From positions 160,001 through 224,000 of IMG/VR virus record IMGVR_UViG_3300045988_173726: a stretch of 64,000 nucleotides of DNA. One strand, written 5' to 3'. Within the stretch, counting starts at the first letter, position 1; each line of letters begins with the position of its first letter. Below, piece after piece: positions 63,115 through 64,000 of the stretch. The DNA comes from a virus. The notes under the pieces were generated by a model, which was given only the letters and a program-made list of their open reading frames with translations, was not told the DNA's origin and made no database searches. The position numbers and the translations under genes are program-made.

Positions 63115-63456
63115 ATGAGCGAAAGACAGGGAGATATGAGTTATAAGGGCTTTGTGGGCGAGGTCAAGTATTCGGAAGAGGACGGAAAGTTTATCGGTCG
63201 AGTGCTTGATATTGAGGATGCAGAGCTTGAGTTTGCGGGTAGCTCCGTGAGTGAGTTGCAGGAGGGCTTTCGTGCGGTGGTTGACCGTTATCTGGAGCTT
63301 AAGGGTGACGACCAAGATGTAGAAATCGAGGTTACGCTAAAGAAAAGCCTTTTGCGGGCGGTTGTAGAGTGTGCGGAAGAGCAGGAAGTGACGATTGACG
63401 AGTTTGTGAGCGCGGCGCTGTTTGACTATTGCAGTGCGAATTACGGGGAAGAGTAA
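63115..63456 (+). CDS. hicB: HicB-family antitoxin (HicB-like N-domain plus ribbon-helix-helix), with no adjacent HicA
   Basis: YKGFVGEVKYSEEDGKFIGRVLDIEDAELEFAGSSVSELQEGFRAVVDRYLE matches the HicB-like antitoxin pattern. C-terminal RHH-like VTLKKSLLRAVVECAEEQEVTIDEFVSAAL. SD GGAGG. Confidence 0.7.
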   Translation: MSERQGDMSYKGFVGEVKYSEEDGKFIGRVLDIEDAELEFAGSSVSELQEGFRAVVDRYLELKGDDQDVEIEVTLKKSLLRAVVECAEEQEVTIDEFVSAALFDYCSANYGEE

Positions 63457-63462
63457 CGCGCG

Positions 63463-64000
63463 GTGATTACGAATAGAGTATTTTCGGCAGTAAAACAGAG
63501 CCTTGACAAAGCGACCAGTGCAGAGGATGTACTGGTCGTTGCTGTATCTGGGGGCGCGGATAGTATGTGTTTATTAGACACTGTGCGACAGATACGGAGA
63601 CAGGTCGGGAAAGTAGTTGTGTGTCACTTGCATCATGGGGTAAGGACGGACGGTAGTGCAGAGCGGGATATGCTCTTGGTAAAGGGGTATTGTGACGGAT
63701 GCGGGATACCCTTCTTTTATCGGCGGGTAGATGTGCCGAGTATTGTAGAGGAAACGGGGAAGTCGGCAGAGCTTGTCGGGAGAGAGCTTCGGTATCGGTT
63801 TTTTAACGAGGTAGGGTCGTGTTACGGTTCGTATAAGATTCTGACTGGGGCAAATGCGAATGATTCTGTAGAGACAGTGCTTATGCACTTAATTCGTGGG
63901 GCTTCGGTAGATGGTTTATGCGGGATACGGGAAGTAAACGGTAGGGTAGTTCGTCCTTTGGTCGGGGTAAGTCGGAGAGAGATAGAGGCTTATGTTAAGG
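63463..64000 (+). CDS. tilS: tRNA(Ile)-lysidine synthase, 3-prime end outside the window (absent from the ORF track because it has no stop)
   Basis: GTG 63463. Translation VITNRVFSAVKQSLDKATSAEDVLVVAVSGGADSMCLL..., with the PP-loop SGGxDS, then LTGANANDSVETVLMHLIRG. The frame is open to base 64000. Confidence 0.8.
   Translation, partial: MITNRVFSAVKQSLDKATSAEDVLVVAVSGGADSMCLLDTVRQIRRQVGKVVVCHLHHGVRTDGSAERDMLLVKGYCDGCGIPFFYRRVDVPSIVEETGKSAELVGRELRYRFFNEVGSCYGSYKILTGANANDSVETVLMHLIRGASVDGLCGIREVNGRVVRPLVGVSRREIEAYVK

Noticed and set aside
1-64000. Alternative genetic code or stop-codon recoding (as in some large phages with tRNA arrays)
   Set aside because: The genes are long and uninterrupted under the standard bacterial code, and none of the tRNAs has a CTA, TCA or TTA anticodon.

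Overview
This 64 kb window is densely packed and coded entirely on the plus strand: about 60 protein genes plus a tRNA array. It looks like part of a large mobile element, either a jumbo-phage-like or a phage-plasmid-like genome. The host appears Firmicute-like, judging from GGAGG-type Shine-Dalgarno sites, frequent TTG/GTG starts, sigma-A type TTGACA-17-TATAAT promoters, lipobox lipoproteins and stem-loop plus T-run terminators. I recognised no capsid, tail, portal, terminase, relaxase or integrase gene, so the element class stays open.

Modules from left to right:
1. Two FtsK-HerA superfamily ATPases (one VirB4/DUF87-like, one membrane-anchored FtsK/SpoIIIE-like), with a hyper-acidic repeat protein, lipoproteins and an SNF2 helicase.
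2. A VWA-metallopeptidase plus MoxR-type AAA+ pair, followed by a lineage-specific paralog family.
3. A Ter stress cluster (YceG-sized protein, TelA, three TerD) joined to a P2-type Ca2+-like P-type ATPase.
4. A kinase-phosphoesterase-ligase (Pnkp-type) RNA repair enzyme.
5. A superfamily of about 10 single-pass membrane proteins in two tandem arrays. One array is interrupted by a lower-GC methyltransferase plus specificity-subunit cassette that looks Type IIB (BcgI-like).
6. A replication/recombination block: type IIA topoisomerase subunits separated by an inserted gene, a DnaB-like helicase, a RuvC-like resolvase, and an NAD-ligase-like gene split in two by a ParB-HNH gene.
7. A G-rich 460 bp non-coding region and an orphan EcoRI-methylase-like adenine methyltransferase.
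8. A promoter-driven, highly structured tRNA array with 8 canonical tRNAs, 1 tRNA pseudogene and several tRNA-like elements that keep the acceptor, T and often D arms but lack an anticodon arm. An orphan HicB antitoxin and a partial tilS follow it.

All calls come from by-eye motif and base-pair inspection. No database search or folding software was run.
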